Assembly (NCBI RefSeq): GCF_023055435.1
Contig: NW_025963979.1
Location: 6,820,001 to 6,884,000, forward strand
Reading direction: 5' to 3'
From: Haliotis rufescens
Lineage: Eukaryota
Length of the DNA stretch: 64,000 bases
The notes below the pieces were generated by a model that saw only the letters and a list, made by a program, of their open reading frames with translations, searched no databases and had not been told where the DNA came from. This document shows positions 1 to 14,353 of the stretch, in pieces. Numbering within the stretch: the stretch's first letter is position 1; each line of letters starts with the position of its first letter. The position numbers and the translations under genes were made by a program.

Positions 1-235
1 GAATTTTGTTTTCACAATAGTGGTTACCATGCCGAAGTTGACAGATGATCGTGACCATTTTAAACACATGGAAATACTTATATTGTTCTTCTTATGTTTC
101 AGTTTTGTGATACATGCTGTACACCGGGAACTGTTATCTTTCAACATAATTTGATTAGTGTGTTGAGGAGATGATGAACATGATGTTCAGTATCGGTGGA
201 TGTTGGCCACGACATGAGCGCAAATAGTCCTGGGA

Positions 236-480
236 GTCAGATCAGAGTCAGGTCAGAGTCAGGTCAGAGTCAGGTCAGAGTCAGATCAGAGTCAGGTCAG
301 AGTCAGATCAGAGTCAGGTCAGAGTCAGGTCAGAGTCAGATCAGAGTCAGGTCAGAGTCAGATCAGAGTCAAGTCAGGTCAGAGTCAGATCAGAGTCAGG
401 TCAGAGTCAGATCAGAGTCAGATCAGAGTCAGGTCAGAGTCAGATCAGAGTCAGATCAGAGTCAGGTCAGAGTCAGGTCA
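236..480. repeat. Compound (GTCAGA/GTCAG/ATCAGA) microsatellite
   Basis: Tandem 5-6 bp units seen directly. Confidence 0.95.
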
Positions 481-660
481 CCTAACATTTCACAACAAAT
501 TCAACAATTTACAACTGGAAAGAGAAGTCAAGACCCTTTTCATATTCATAAGAAATGTCTGCCGAAAGTAGAGATGATTGGACGATACCGACTATATCAT
601 GAGCATGCGTCCATGAATCTCCATCAAGTAGTGATGATACCAGGGGTTCTCAAAGGGTCA

Positions 661-1147
661 ATCTCATTACAATCAGATCTTAGTCTCGCTACCGCTAACC
701 ACAAATCTGAGGACATCCCTTTACGGGTCACGTCAGAACGACCTTTCGCGAACATTGACCGACCAATGAAATGACTGACAAGAAATCGACATTTGCCAAT
801 CAGAAGGCAGCTATCTCGAACTTTGCGGCACCAGTTTCAAACTGGCGACTATGCTTCGAAACATATTTTGACGTATTCGCGATTAAAAAAATGGATGGAT
901 TATAGATGGCCTCGATTGTATGGATATACTAGTAATCATTAAAACCCGTAACTGTCTTTCGGAATATCCCGTGTTAAATATTTCGAGGTTGCATGATTAG
1001 AAAACACATTCCGACTGTCACTTTCAGGATCTGGTAAGCGACGCTCTGATTGGTTGGATGAAAGGTCGTGCCGACGTGACCCGTCATGGGATGTCCCCAG
1101 ATCTTTGTTAATCGGTAGCGAGAACTAAGATCTGATTTTAATGAGAT
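661..1147. mobile_element. MITE-like element with ~86-bp imperfect TIRs
   Basis: ATCTCATTACAATCAGATCTTAG...ACGACCTTTC (661-746) is the reverse complement of GAAAGGTCGT...CTAAGATCTGATTTTAATGAGAT (1060-1147). Confidence 0.75.
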
Positions 1148-4100
1148 AGTCGAAGGGTGAGCGTATCAAGTTTGGAAAAATACCAAGGGTATTTTTTCAA
1201 ATACAGTGCATGACATGAGAGTTTATTTTGTCATTCAACCAAGCTGACACATTACAGGAACGATAATGACCATGTTCAGTTATACATCCAGTGATAAACT
1301 ACTTCTTGCATCGTTGCCCATACACACCCACGTTTCTTCTGTTACTTATTTGAAACACAGTGGTGAAGATATATCTATTGTTCAACGTCGGGAGAGGGAT
1401 TATTTGGCGATCGCCGAATATTGTCACGTGAGCCTCGTTTATGTGGGTGGAAACCCAGGAATCGTTGGGTGATAGCGTTACACTCATGTGACCACTTCTA
1501 GCTATCACCCCATTCAAACCAACACGACTCATTGCCCCATACCATGAATCACCCTGCTCATCTCTCTGACAAGGACCTGGTCAAGTACCCCTCGAGACAA
1601 TTAGTACAGTGATGGACCGACATTGAAATTTGCTTGAGTCGGGAGGGGCTTACGTTAGAAACAGAATGTGGTTTTGATCACGGACTGCTTCAAAACATAA
1701 ATATTATTGACTCTGAAAGGAGGAGCCAAACAATTTTATGTTTTATTCTCCCTCGCAGGCCGGATACATAGTATTTTATCAAGATCACGTGGAAAATCAG
1801 ATCTCATCATTCTGACACGGAGGTATGATAATGACGTATATATTACCTTTGTCTTGTCACAGCGAATATAATTCAAATTACTTTCCCAAAAAATTCTCTC
1901 ATAATGAGTGGCGAGGTGAAATGGGGTTTAACGTCGTGTTCAAAATGACTGCACAAATATAATCTATCAGTAGACCATGAAGGAGGTACCTTAGAGTCGA
2001 ACTCGTCCCGTGAAGACCCGGGGTAGAATAGGTCTTCAGCAACCCATGTTTGCCGTAAAAGGCCACTTTGCTTGTCGTAAGAGGCGACTAGGGGGATTGG
2101 GTGGTCAGGCTCACTGTCCTGGTTGATGCACGTCAGCTATCTCAATTGCGTAGATCGATGCTCATAATGATCACTGGGTTTTCTGGTTCAGACTCGATTA
2201 TTGACAGACCGCCGTATAGCTGAAATATGGCTGAGTGCGGCGTTAAACAACAAACAAACAAGCAATGATCTGCAAGTAACTGGACTAGAGTAAGCCAAAT
2301 TGTGAAAGATGACACAAAAAACACAGGTCAATACTAATATAAAAGAAAGTATACACTTTAAAATTGGAAAGCGCATCCTATCACATTATCGAAACTATTT
2401 GTTCTCCAAACTGCTCGAAAAAGTTATTAAACACATTACTTTCATTACCAGGATGAAATACGCGTTGCCTACCTTCCCATCTAAAAGGAATCAAATATAT
2501 ACATTAATTCAGATAAACATTCGCATGGTATGGTTTTACGCCGCTTTTAGCAATATTCGAGCAATATCCCAGCAGGGGGACACCAGAAATGGGCCTCACA
2601 CATTGTACCCATGTGGGGAATCAAACCCAGGTCTTCGGTGTGACAAGCGAACGCTTTAACCACTAGGCTACCCTACCGCCCTTGTAGGATTGGTCATCAG
2701 CAACTGTATAGCAATACATCTGTCAGTGAGTTGATTGAAAAGTTTGATTGAACCGTTTGAAAGCGATCGCTGTCAGGGTGAAATAAGGGCTGCTTCCCCC
2801 TTTGTGAACCCCTTTGTGAACCCCTTTGTGAATCCCTTTAAAACTGCCCTGCGTCGTTACATTTTTTGGATATGTTCTACTGAAATAAATACCGGAATAA
2901 TTCACAAGGATCTAGGGTGATATGTTGACATACCTCCGTGTTTACACAACTGAGTCAGGAACATGTTATGTTAAATAGGTTAAGTGCAACGGTACTCCTC
3001 TCATGACGTTTTTTGTTAAACAGAGATATGCTCGTGATATTTCGGTTTTCGAAAGAACCTCATATCGGGTTTTCATAATATGCATAGCAGGTTAAACATG
3101 GGCATGCCTTCAGTCTATTCAAAGATCATGGTGTATGCATGCACCTTGAAAGGGTTAAGCACCGGTTACTACACAAACTGACACGGAGCAAACTGCCAAA
3201 GAAACTATACTCATGGACATTGGATTTGACCAAAAAAATACAAACGATACCATAACATTACAAGGCTGAGAACGGTTGCCGAAATACTGTATACTTAAGG
3301 TCCAAACACAGTTATATACCCGCCACCATCACCATTATATAACCATCCAATAACCATTTCTTGTTTGTTTCATTTTAGCCACCACCAAACATGGGTGTGT
3401 AGTTGTTTCTGCCCGGCAGTGTATTTCCTTACTAAACTGCCCATTGTGGTAACGCTTTTGTTCTTGTTCACAAACCTCATACTCATATTGAAATACAGAA
3501 ATCAAAATGTATTATTTCGAGACATGTTTCGTAACTGCCCCAGGGCAATAGCTTTTGACCACCCCTTCATCTTCTTCTTTGCATCATATATGTTCGTTTG
3601 TTGTTTAACGCCGCACTCAACCTTATCCAGCTATATGACGGCGGTCTGTAAATAATCGAGTCTGGACCAGACAATCCAGTGATTGACATCATGAACAACG
3701 ATCTACGCAATTGGGATACGAAGACATGCATCAACCAAGTCAGCGAACCTGACCACCCGATCCCGTTAGTCGCCTTTTACGACCAGCATAGTCGCTTTTT
3801 ATGGCAAGCATGGGTTACTGAAGACCTATTCTACCCCGGACCTTCACGGGTCATGAACAATAAGTAGCTTAATTTATCCTAAGTAGAAACACTCTTTGGA
3901 ACTTCCAAATTGTTTCCATGGAAACCCAAAAATATAAAAATTGAGCACGTGGTCATTGAATATGTATAGTTTCATTCAAATATATTTGTTAGTTTGAGAG
4001 TTATGGCTCGGAAACGAAGCCTAGAATTGCTACCTATTTTAGAATTAAGTGTCATCGGTCCAAAACGTTACTGTTAGGCCTTACAAGTCTAAAGGTAGAA

Positions 4101-7100
4101 CACCGTTTAAAACAAATACTAAATTTGCCATTGGAGTTTGTTCACTCCGCAATATGGCGATGGGGTTCAATGGAGTGTGTCTATATTGTACCAATGTAAA
4201 GAAAAGAACGGGTCTTCGGCGTCGTGCGAGAAAGCTTCAACAACATACCCCAATATACACGAAGTAGTTAAAACAAATTCACCTTGATATATACAACATC
4301 TTTGCGTTAAACAGTGACCTATTTAAAACCTACCTTCAACACCTTAACTCCGTCGGGTGTAGCGGCCCTGTGTGCACAAGTACCTAGCTAGCTGTTCAAA
4401 CGAGCTCGACCGACAAACTATGATTCACAGTCATTTCAAAATGACCCAGATAGTTCCATGGCGACATTATTGTGCAATACGTTTACATCTATTCATACGA
4501 AATGGTAAACATGTATTGAATTCCTTTTATTGTATATTTGTATTGGAACGTATTTGGTTGATAATAGTTGTAAATAGGTGTGAGAGGCGATTGCGCTTGC
4601 GCAACGCTCGTGGACCCATCCTGGGCGGTAATGGAGACTACCTTCATTTACACCCCTTGTAGGGTTGACTCACTATGGGAGGTGCAGGGAGAAAGGTCGC
4701 ATGACGGTGAGACGGGGTATGTTATCCCATGTGACCTCCTTATTACTGTACACTGGTACTGGGTGGTGCGCGGGATGCAAAGCCCATCCAGGTCGTTGGA
4801 CTGAGCCATATTACATTCGCTACTAGACTAACATCTAGTCTCTGAAATGAACACATCTTACATAAAAAAAACAGTTGTTCAGTTATCTTAATAAAAATAT
4901 AATCAAAAGGAGCCCAGTGACTCTCTTCATTTTCAGATAATGCAGTGATCTAGACTTGCCAAACATTATAGACTTGCATGGGCTGTATTTGATATATATT
5001 TGTATCAGGGTCTGTAAGACAGACTAATTCGCTACCAACCCGTGTAATTCCGTGACTAGCCGAATGTGGTCAATTTTGTAGGTTACGGAAACATGCGAAT
5101 GGTGACGAATGAGAACGTGCGCTTGATTATCAAAAATTGACTAAGCTGAGTCAACTAAGGTTACCCCATTTCTAAAAAAAATTAGCCTGTTTTGACAAGT
5201 GTTCTTCAAGGATAACATCGAACAGAACCTGAATTCAGAAGAGTTTATCGAGACCTGCTTGGAAGCCGATATTCGGCCCCAGGTCTGCAGTTAGGCTGTT
5301 TTACTGTTTGTTTGTTTGTTTGTTGTTTGGCGCAGCATTCAGCATATCCCAGCTATATGACGGCGGTCTGTAAATATACCAGTGATTGACATTATAAGCA
5401 TCGATCTACGCAATTGGGATAAGATGACATGCACTAAGCAAGTCAGCGAGCCTGAACACCCGATCCTGTTAGTCGCCTCTTAACCAAACATAGTCAGTCA
5501 CCTTCCACGGCAACAACACGACTGTTATGGTTTTGTGGGAGACTGATGACTTGCATGATAACATGACCAATACCGAAAAGGCTTTAATGCCTAATTTTAC
5601 ATTATTGTACTAAATACAATGTTAAAATTCAATGTTAGAATACCTCTAAATTTAGGAAAGTAAGAACTCGCAAATATCGCAATTCTGAGCAATTTTAAGG
5701 GCACTTTGTTTGGAATCCTCGATACATCTCTTTGAAAAAGAACAAATGGACTATAGGAGATGGCTGTCAGGGGTAGACACACTGTAGCCTTGTGAATTAA
5801 TATTATAAAACTATGAGGGGTTAATAAGAATAAAAGCGACAAAACACATTCATATGAGATCTCTCCTAAAAGTCAATCGTACGATTCCGACAATATCATT
5901 AATATGTTTTATGAATCATTATCAAATAGGATGATACCAGATTTCGCGAAAAGGTGTGCGTATCAACGAGTGTTTTATTGGCGGACAACGTTGACATTGT
6001 ACCTTTCCATATAATGCATGTAAAACGACAGGAAAGTTCACAATATTGAATAGGACACCAAATAGAGATTTAAAATCAACATCAAAGTTTCATATTGAGT
6101 CTGAAGTATCTATATCAACCATCCCGATAAATGTCCCTCGCGCATATCAAAATACATATATAATTTAAAGGTCTAGATAATTATGTTCGTTAGCATGCTT
6201 TCATTCGTGGTTGAATCAATCATTAGAACTAATTCGCTTTTACGATGACGTCACCTGGTGACTCCTAACCAGACAACCGCAACCAGGGGTTCAGTAGTTT
6301 AACTCTGGTTAACCGAAGTATGATGTCAATCAGTTAACATGTACTAACATTGGTCAACGAAAGTTTATTTCGGTCATTCGCTGGTCAACACGCGTCCACC
6401 AGGCTCGTCCAAGGTTTGACATCGAACCAAAACCACAGAAGTGGATCCATCCCAATGAGAGTTTAGCCTTAATTCGAATACGTTACCCTATAGAAAAAAC
6501 AGATATGATCTTTTCAACAGCTAGTCGACCATGTGCAATGAGATAAAACAAGCATATTTGCATGTTTTATTAAGTGTTATATATGACTTACCCATAGCCA
6601 GATCCATGTTTCCATTTGCCATGACACTAGTGCAGTATACCTATACTCTTTATTTGACCTCAGCATATATAATTGGCCATTCTAATGAGGGCGTGAACGG
6701 CATGGGTTTCAGGCTTCTGCAACTGACAATGTAACACAGCACGACATTGAAATGACAGCCGGACGTCAGACAACCTGGGCAAAATCCAATTAGGAAGAAA
6801 TATCCCCTAATAACGCTCCTAACAAGTGCCACATTGTTGTGTTTTTACATCCCAAACTTAAGTTCGAACGCTATACGAGATGTCACAAAGAAAGGGATAG
6901 CCAAAGAGACGAGAGCCAGGACTTTATGTAACGTACCTCAAGTTACCTCGGATATTAAACCAGACTATGTAAGCTGTCTGAAACAGGAGACAATACTTAA
7001 CATGTTACTTTGGTCAAACAAGTATCGATGCTTTCCATCTTGCTTATCAGACCGTGCAAACGTGAATTGAAAAGGGTTAGTGAGTGTGGTTTAATGCCCC

Positions 7101-7411
7101 TTTCAACTGTATTTCAGTAACGTGTCAGCTTGATGTGCGAGGAGTGAGTGAGTTGGGTTTTAACAGCGCTTTGAACAGTATTCCAGTTATAACACAATGT
7201 GTCAGCTTAATGTGGGAGGAAAGCCCCAGTGATGAAGCTCTCAGATGTTTAGCACGAGTATGGTGCTGACAACAAAATCAAAGCGAATCTTGAATTCGAA
7301 TCCACGATAAGGTTCCTGATTTGCAGCGCTTTAGACGACTGTTACTCGTTTGAATAAATTAAATAAATTAAACAGAACAATATGACTTAAACTACTTAAA
7401 CCCAATTCATA

Positions 7412-7492
7412 TACAGTCAAGTCTCGTTAATCCGACATCGTTTGTTGCACATGATTGTGTCGGTTTAACGAGTATGTCGGATTAACGAAATT
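7412..7492 (+). mobile_element. Fragment of a pogo/Tigger-like MITE end
   Basis: TA-CAGTCAAGTCTCGTTAATCCGACA with an internal inverted copy TGTCGGATTAACGA. No partner end was found. Confidence 0.45.
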
Positions 7493-7823
7493 AAATGATT
7501 TGTGATCGAAAATCGGACGTCTTCAACTTCGAGGATTCGGGGTCCGTAGCATAGCCGTACTCGAGGTTCACCAACGTGGAAGGACTTAACAACGACTTAA
7601 TATTTTGACCCTAGATCAGGTGTCATTTTGAAGTATTTATATATGTCTTTTGTATTTTTGTGACTGTTGTATTACCACGACGTCACAAACAGCACTGATA
7701 TTATTTGCATGGCCTGACATCTAAATAACAAGTTACACTGACCTCTGGACTTGCTCTCTGTTGAGATCCGAGTCTTGCTCCTAACCTAAGCGGCATGGGC
7801 CACTGATGGGGGTTTCTCATACA

Positions 7824-7974
7824 TGAGTGAGTGAGTATGGTTTTACGCCGCTTTAAGCAATATTCCAGCAATATCACGGCGGGGGACATCAGAAATGGGC
7901 TCCACAAATTGAGCCCATGTCGGGGCTTCGGCGTGACGAGCGAACGCTTTAACCACAAGGCTACCCCACCGCCC
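7824..7974 (-). mobile_element. tRNA-derived SINE family B (~160 bp, tRNA-Asp-like head)
   Basis: Head GGGCGGTGGGGTAGCCT.GTGGTTAAAGCGTTCGCTCGTCACGCC. TSD TTTCTCATACA at 7813-7823 and 7975-7985. Other copies: 2526-2682, 13026-13173, 18691-18822, 20023-20170, 20909-21070, 23025-23090, 46508-46556. Confidence 0.85.
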
Positions 7975-8998
7975 TTTCTCATACACGAGGAAAAGGTCAC
8001 TGTAAAAGGCTGTCACTGATGAGGGTTTCTCAAACATCAGGCACGCAGGTTCTTATTTAACTTCGGCATGCAGGTTACTGTTTCACCATCATATAATGAT
8101 AAGAATGCTGTCATATGTTCAATAGTACATTTGAAAGAGAAATTAGCATCCGACATTGCTTCCATCACAAATATCTTGGCACTGCACCTCTCGAAATGGT
8201 GGGGTGAAATTGGGTTTAACGTAGCGTCCAAGATTATTGCACTTCTATAACGACGTGCATGCACGTGTATGTGTGTGGCTGCTTGTACTCGTCCGGATAT
8301 ATGCCGATAGTGCTAGCCTACTGAGAAACCATGACGCAGTTTAACATGAATACCCCACTCAGACACAGTATACTGACTCCCAGCCGACCAGTCCATGTTT
8401 TAGCACCATAATGCCGAGCGCCAGACAGGGGAACAACAAGTACCATCTTTTAACGTCTTTTGGTATGAAACGGCCGGGTATCGAACCCCGGACCTTAAGC
8501 TCTCGGAGGCGGTCCCTCTCTTAATAACATAGAAAGTTTCCCCAAATGTGAAAACAATACATACCGTAGTTTTCAAGTTATATGTCGCACAATAAAAGTC
8601 GTCGGAAGGAAGGACGGACGGACGAATTCCTTGGTATAACTATATATTCCCGCGACTACGCAAAAACGTCTTTTACCAATTCACCTTCCAATATCTGCCA
8701 AGAGCATATTATCCGAAATAGAAGTCTTTTTTATGAGGATTAAAACCACGAGTAAGAAATTGATAGTTCGAATAAATAACGCAAGCAAAAGAGTGTTCTT
8801 TCCGATAAACCAAACGGTAGCAAGTATTGTATTGCCGCGTAAACAACCTCCAAAATTGTAACAACTAGGCCGTGACGACGACGAGGGCGCACGTACTACA
8901 TCCATTATTCATGCGCATGACACGTGAATACTCCTAACTGGGGGATGTCGCAATGCCCCAAACAGAAGAATGAGCACAATTAAGTCTGAGTCAGTAAG

Positions 8999-9535
8999 CA
9001 CAGCCCGAACACAATTGTACACGTGTTCCTAGCCCCGTATAGAAGGTAATAAAACAACGCAACTAGGTATCACCACAGCCCGAACGCAATTGTACACGTG
9101 TTCCTATTCCCGTATAGAAGGTAAAAAACAACGCAACTAGGTATCACCACAGCCAGAACACAGTTGTACACGTGTTCCTATCCCCGTATAGAAAGTAATA
9201 AAACAAAGCAACTAGGAATCACCACAGCCCGAACACAATTGTACACGTGTTCCTATCCCCATATAGAAAGTATTAAAAAAACGCAACTAGGTATCACCAC
9301 AGCCCGAACACAATTGTACACGTGTTCCTATCCCCATATAGAAAGTGTTAAAAAAACGCAACTAGGTATCACCACAGCCCGAACACAATTGTACACGTGT
9401 TCCTATCCCCGTATAGAAAGTATTAAAAAAACGCAACTAGGTATCACCACAGCCCGAACACAATTGTACACGTGTTCCTATTCCCGTATAGAAAGTAATA
9501 AAACAAAGCAACTAGGAATCACCACAGCACGAACA
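8999..9535. repeat. 75-bp minisatellite, ~7 copies
   Basis: CAGCCCGAAC-type starts at 9001, 9076, 9150, 9225, 9300, 9375, 9450 and 9525. Confidence 0.95.
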
Positions 9536-11170
9536 TATTCAGCACAAGGACAGACATTGAACCGAAATGAATTAAGTTCGATGTCATTTTCTCCCGATAT
9601 TTAAAACACACCCGACTATGACGTTCACTCCAGTGACATCAACCACTGTCTCCCAGGAGGATCCTATGTTACTGAATCATAAGAGCAGACCCACTGACCA
9701 AGAAATACCCGACTCTCCGGGCACCTCAGGCATGCTGATGACCACTGCACTAGCCTGGAGCCAAACTGTACTTTCTCGTAGATAAGACAGGTCAACGCAA
9801 TGGGCTCTGTTAATTTGCTTCAAATCATAGTATTGGTATGCGGAATTCTAGTACAAGTGTAAAACACGAGAAATATTTTGTTTGACTGGAACACACACTA
9901 GTGAATGCCTAGGTGTGAAGTGATTAATCATCCACCTGGGTGACGTATGTATCACTGCATATATAAGCCACCGGGGTCGAGTTTGTTGCGGATTTGGGAC
10001 AGGGTACACATTATGATGACTGTGTGCGTCTTCATTGTGAATATTCCACGGCATGTGCAGATCCAGAGGGAAAGGGGGCTTGATATCACCAACCACTCAA
10101 AATGATTATTATGGCCTAGAGTTCGGCATAAATATACATTCAAAATAACGAGCGAGACCTCGTTAAAGTTAGGGGGTTTACAACAAATCAAAACACTTTA
10201 ATAAATGACACTTTAGCGGGAAAGTACGTTTCCATTAGTATTAAATACAAAATGTCAATGCAAGAGAATAACCAGCCTTAATTATTCACCGAAATAGATT
10301 CCGTTTGGGATTAAGTGAAAAGAACTGTGAAAAATATATGAATGGAACACTGAAAATCAGTGATGACACCAGGTCTTCATTTATGCAGCCAGAAGTTCCC
10401 ATTTGTATCTGAGAGATACGACGAACAGAATACTAATGGTCTAAACTCATTAGAATCAAGGCCCAAATGAATGAAACGTTAATGTAACATTAACGTGTCA
10501 TTTAACCCAAAATAACTAATGTTCAATTAAATTCGGCTCTATCCACCTTTATATGACACAATCCGTACATAAACCTACGGATATACTAAATGGTGGTTTG
10601 GGGTACCATTAACTGACCACTAAATCAAACATCCCTTATAATAGACGATTGGACGGACAAAGATTGCTCTGTGTTCACCCTCCAATGGAGATGTCATATC
10701 TTCACGGAGAGAGTTATCGTATTGGTCGATTATATTGATACTGACTAGCGGTCATTCGTAACACGTGTCATTCTAGGATTCCATTTGGCGTATGAATATG
10801 TATTTAGAAAAACATCCAATATACATTTATTTTACAGCATGGCTTGTGAAAAAGTATATTTCTTTGATATCAACACTGACTAAGTTTCGGTATTTAAAGA
10901 TTTGTCATTAATACAAGTAGCTTCTAACAATTGTTTTGTAACATAGATTCGGATATAACGTTTATCATTACTAGATTAAACTCAAGACAATCTGACAATC
11001 TTATATTGTTTCGAGGTGAGTTCCAAATAGAAACGCAAAGGGGAACCCAGAAATCGGTTGGCACAGATCTAAATTCTGAAATCAGTGAAAATCCCACAAC
11101 TTCAATGAATAAACAATACATTATATTCAAACATATAGTTCAAAGCATACAATAAAAAAGGCAATACACA

Positions 11171-11467
11171 TTTCTCAGAAAATTGAATAAGGCAATCGAC
11201 GCCTTTTGCATCTTTCTGTAACGGAACACCAGCACAAATGTCATATGCATCCATTGCCAGCTTAAATGTTTTTTCATGTTTTCAAGACTGGTAAATTCAT
11301 GAGAATACTCTTTCAAAAGCTGCCTGGCAGTGGTTATCCCAAAGACATTTTGTCGGTTTGGACAACAAATTAATGTGAAGGGCCACTAGGAAATTTGTAA
11401 TAGCTTCTGCTTTTGTATTGACCAGATGTACCAGAGCAAATTCACACTTTGCAAGATTTACAGTCAA
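11171..11467 (-). pseudogene. Heavily deleted Gypsy pol fragment (RT end, connection, RNase H start)
   Basis: LTVNLAKCEFA; KAEAITNF; NLLSKPTKCLWDNHCQAAFE; FKLAMDAYDICAGVPLQKDAKGVDCLIQFSEK, matching FKLAVDASDxGAGAVLLQ..GVDHPV.YFSKK. Confidence 0.8.
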
Positions 11468-12182
11468 TTTACACGCACATACCTAGTTCCGAAACAAAAA
11501 CATGACATAGCGCTGCACGGAACTCTTTCGGTGAAGACGTTTTTCCTCATTAAGGTTCCGTCACAGTCTATATGTTCGCATGCACGCAGAAGGTAGTGCA
11601 ATACTATCTGCCCTGACATATGCCTGACGGTATTACCATACATCTACCTGGCATTGTAATTAACAATGGATTGAAAAGGCACTGGGTTGGGAACGGGCAG
11701 TCACAGCCCGCTTAATTCATATAAAGCATTCATTAAAACCCACATGGATTGCATAGTAAAATGTTATAATGTATATCGACCCAGCAGGCACACACAACTC
11801 TATTTAATATCCAGACCTAAAATGGGAATATATGGATATATCGTTGTCTCTAGGTTGCATCAGTAGCCACTTGTTTTTTATATACTGACACAAAATCAAT
11901 GAATACTGTAATATAATAAACGGTGTGCACTGTAATACCACTATCCTAACTTGTCTTGGGTACACGTGACGTGCAGCTAAAAGGCAGTGAGTATGGTTTA
12001 AGTTTGTTTGTTGGTTTGTTTGTTGTTTAACTCAGCAATATTTCATGCATCAACCATGTCGGCACAACTGACCATGCCTCTTACAAGCATAGTCGCCTCT
12101 TACGAGGAAGAAGACCTATTCCAACCCGGATCTTCACCAGTTTGAGGCCGTTTCAAGCAATGTTCCACCACTATCACAGCGG

Positions 12183-12444
12183 ACCCGTGAAGGTCCGGGG
12201 TAGAATAGGTCTTCAGCAACTCATGCTTGCCGTAAAAAGAGACTACGCTTGTCGTAAGAGGCGACTAACGGGATCGGTTGGTCAGCCTCGCTGACTTGGT
12301 TGATGCATGTCATCGAATCCCAATTGCGTGGATCGATGCTCATGATATAAATCACTGGATTGTCTGGTCCAGACTCGATTATTTTCAGCCCGCCGTCATA
12401 TAGCTGGAATAATGCTGAGTGCGGTGTAAAACAACAAACAAACA
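12183..12444 (+). mobile_element. SINE-like family A (~260 bp, no evident tRNA head), representative copy
   Basis: About 20 full or partial copies, e.g. 2007-2261(+), 3591-3851(-), 5304-5490(-), 15553-15778(-), 21086-21341(+), 23455-23737(-), 26968-27210(-), 47486-47696(-). Tail GGAATATTGCTGAGTGCGGCGTTAAACAAC(AAAC)n. Confidence 0.9.
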
Positions 12445-12480
12445 CTATCGCATCGGGTAACACTATTATGCGGTAACATA

Positions 12481-13004
12481 CGGTGGCCCATAAGGGACAT
12501 GGAGTCTGTTTTTCAATATTTTGATATTTTACTTACTGAAATACTGAATACTGAATACAAATATGTGATAAATCATGCAAAAAGAAGATATTGAATCGTT
12601 GAAAAAAATGAAGCGAAAATGTCAAAAACTAAGATGAAAATGTCAAAAACAAAAACGAAAAGGTCAAAAACTAAAATGAAAATACAGAAAACTATTTCCA
12701 CCGCGGTTAAAACTATTCCCACTGCGGTGGAAATAGTAATCTGTATTTTCATTTTCGTTTTGACATTTTCACTTTTGTTTTTGACATTTTCGTTTTTGAC
12801 ATTTTCGTTTTTGACATTTTCGCTTCACATTTCAGCGATTCAATAGCTACTTGAAAGTACATTTTCCATGTTTTCGGTTGTTTTTATACATGATTTATCA
12901 CATATTTGTATGACAAATTGTGTTAATTTGCAAAAGGTTACGATAAAAGTAAGTGAAATAGCAAAATATTGAAAAACAGACTCCATGTCCCTTATGGGCC
13001 ACCG
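12481..13004. mobile_element. TA-flanked foldback MITE, near-palindromic along its length
   Basis: Perfect ~43-bp TIR CGGTGGCCCATAAGGGACATGGAGTCTGTTTTTCAATATTTTG with TA on both sides. Internal AAAATGTCAAAAAC subrepeats are mirrored. Confidence 0.88.
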
Positions 13005-14353
13005 TAGAAACACATAAATTAATCAGTGGTTTTCGCTGCTTTTGATATTCCAGCAATGTCAAGGCGGGCGACACGAGAAAAAGGTGCCACAGGGCTTTCT
13101 CATGTGGGATATCGAACACAAGTCTTCAGCGTGAAGATCTAACGCTTGATCTGCGTGGCTACCCGACCGCCCCAAACGCCGATGGGGAGAATGGAACCAA
13201 GGGGCACGGTTCAACATCAAGGCCAACGCATAGATTTGAGTACAGACGTTACGACATATTACACTGACAGGTACGGAGTGCTCCTGTCTGCTGCATTGTT
13301 AGGTTGCCTGTTGGGTCACAACTAAGGGCGTTAGTAACGCTGTAGATCACGCATCCTTCCACGTGTACAGTTCCAGTTATAATGACCATCCACTGCAGAA
13401 CAGTTGTACGCGAGATCACCAAGTACATCTGATCAGCATGTCTGAGGGTTAAAGAGGGGTCGTGCAAATTGGGTCCGGGAAAACTAAAATGAGGCCGTTT
13501 ACCTGTTTGCTGAGACAAATGTCCTGATGTACATCAATCTCGGCTAATATGCCATTGATTATCCTAATCACACAGGCAATGTCTCAATGTCACACCTTGG
13601 CGGTTAGACTTACAATGAGAGAGGGTAAGCGAGGTTAAACGCCGCTTTGAACAGTATTCCAGTTATATCACGGCATTTCAGCTTGATGTGGGTCAAAGTC
13701 TGAAATGATGCAGGTCTCAGACGTTTATCCCTTTGGGGAAACCCACGAGCACGGTATTGTGCTGAAACACCTAGCAATATAATCGGGGCGAACAGGGATT
13801 TGAACCTGCAGTTATAGGTTTCTGGCATGCCCAAAGGACGAAACTCTGCACAGCAAATTGAGGTGCCTTGGACAACTGGGCCACCCGTGCCCCCTTTAAA
13901 ATGTATAAATAAGTGTACACTTACTTAACTGTACATGGTGCAACAATAAATTATTTCTTTAAAAAGCACATGACATGCCTAACAATATATCCCTTGGACC
14001 ATACATTATCTGTTTTTAGGCTTACGTATTGTTTTAAGAATTTAGGGTTGGTTGAAGAAAACTAAAAACAAAACATTAACCTGTTACATTTTTTTCTAAG
14101 CACATCCAGCAATGGGTATGTCTGAATAAAATCTTTTGGCATTGAAATTTGTTGGAGAATTGCTTGGCACTTGTCGGATTTAATCCCGTATTTTTGTTTA
14201 GTTTGCCAGAATATTTAATGTTTGGTTTGGTTTCTATGTATACACAACTTACTGTTTTTCATAGTTTCATAGTAACAATGAAGGATTGTTTGGGAAAACC
14301 AGAAACTTAATGTTAACTTAATGTTGTTCATAGTTTCATAGTAAAAATGAAGG

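Noticed and set aside
196-774. 192-aa ORF with RVRSES repeats
   Set aside because: Microsatellite translation running into a MITE end, with a non-ATG start.
9164-9604. 146-aa ORF with 25-aa repeats
   Set aside because: Translation of the 75-bp minisatellite. The frame is broken in the upstream copies.
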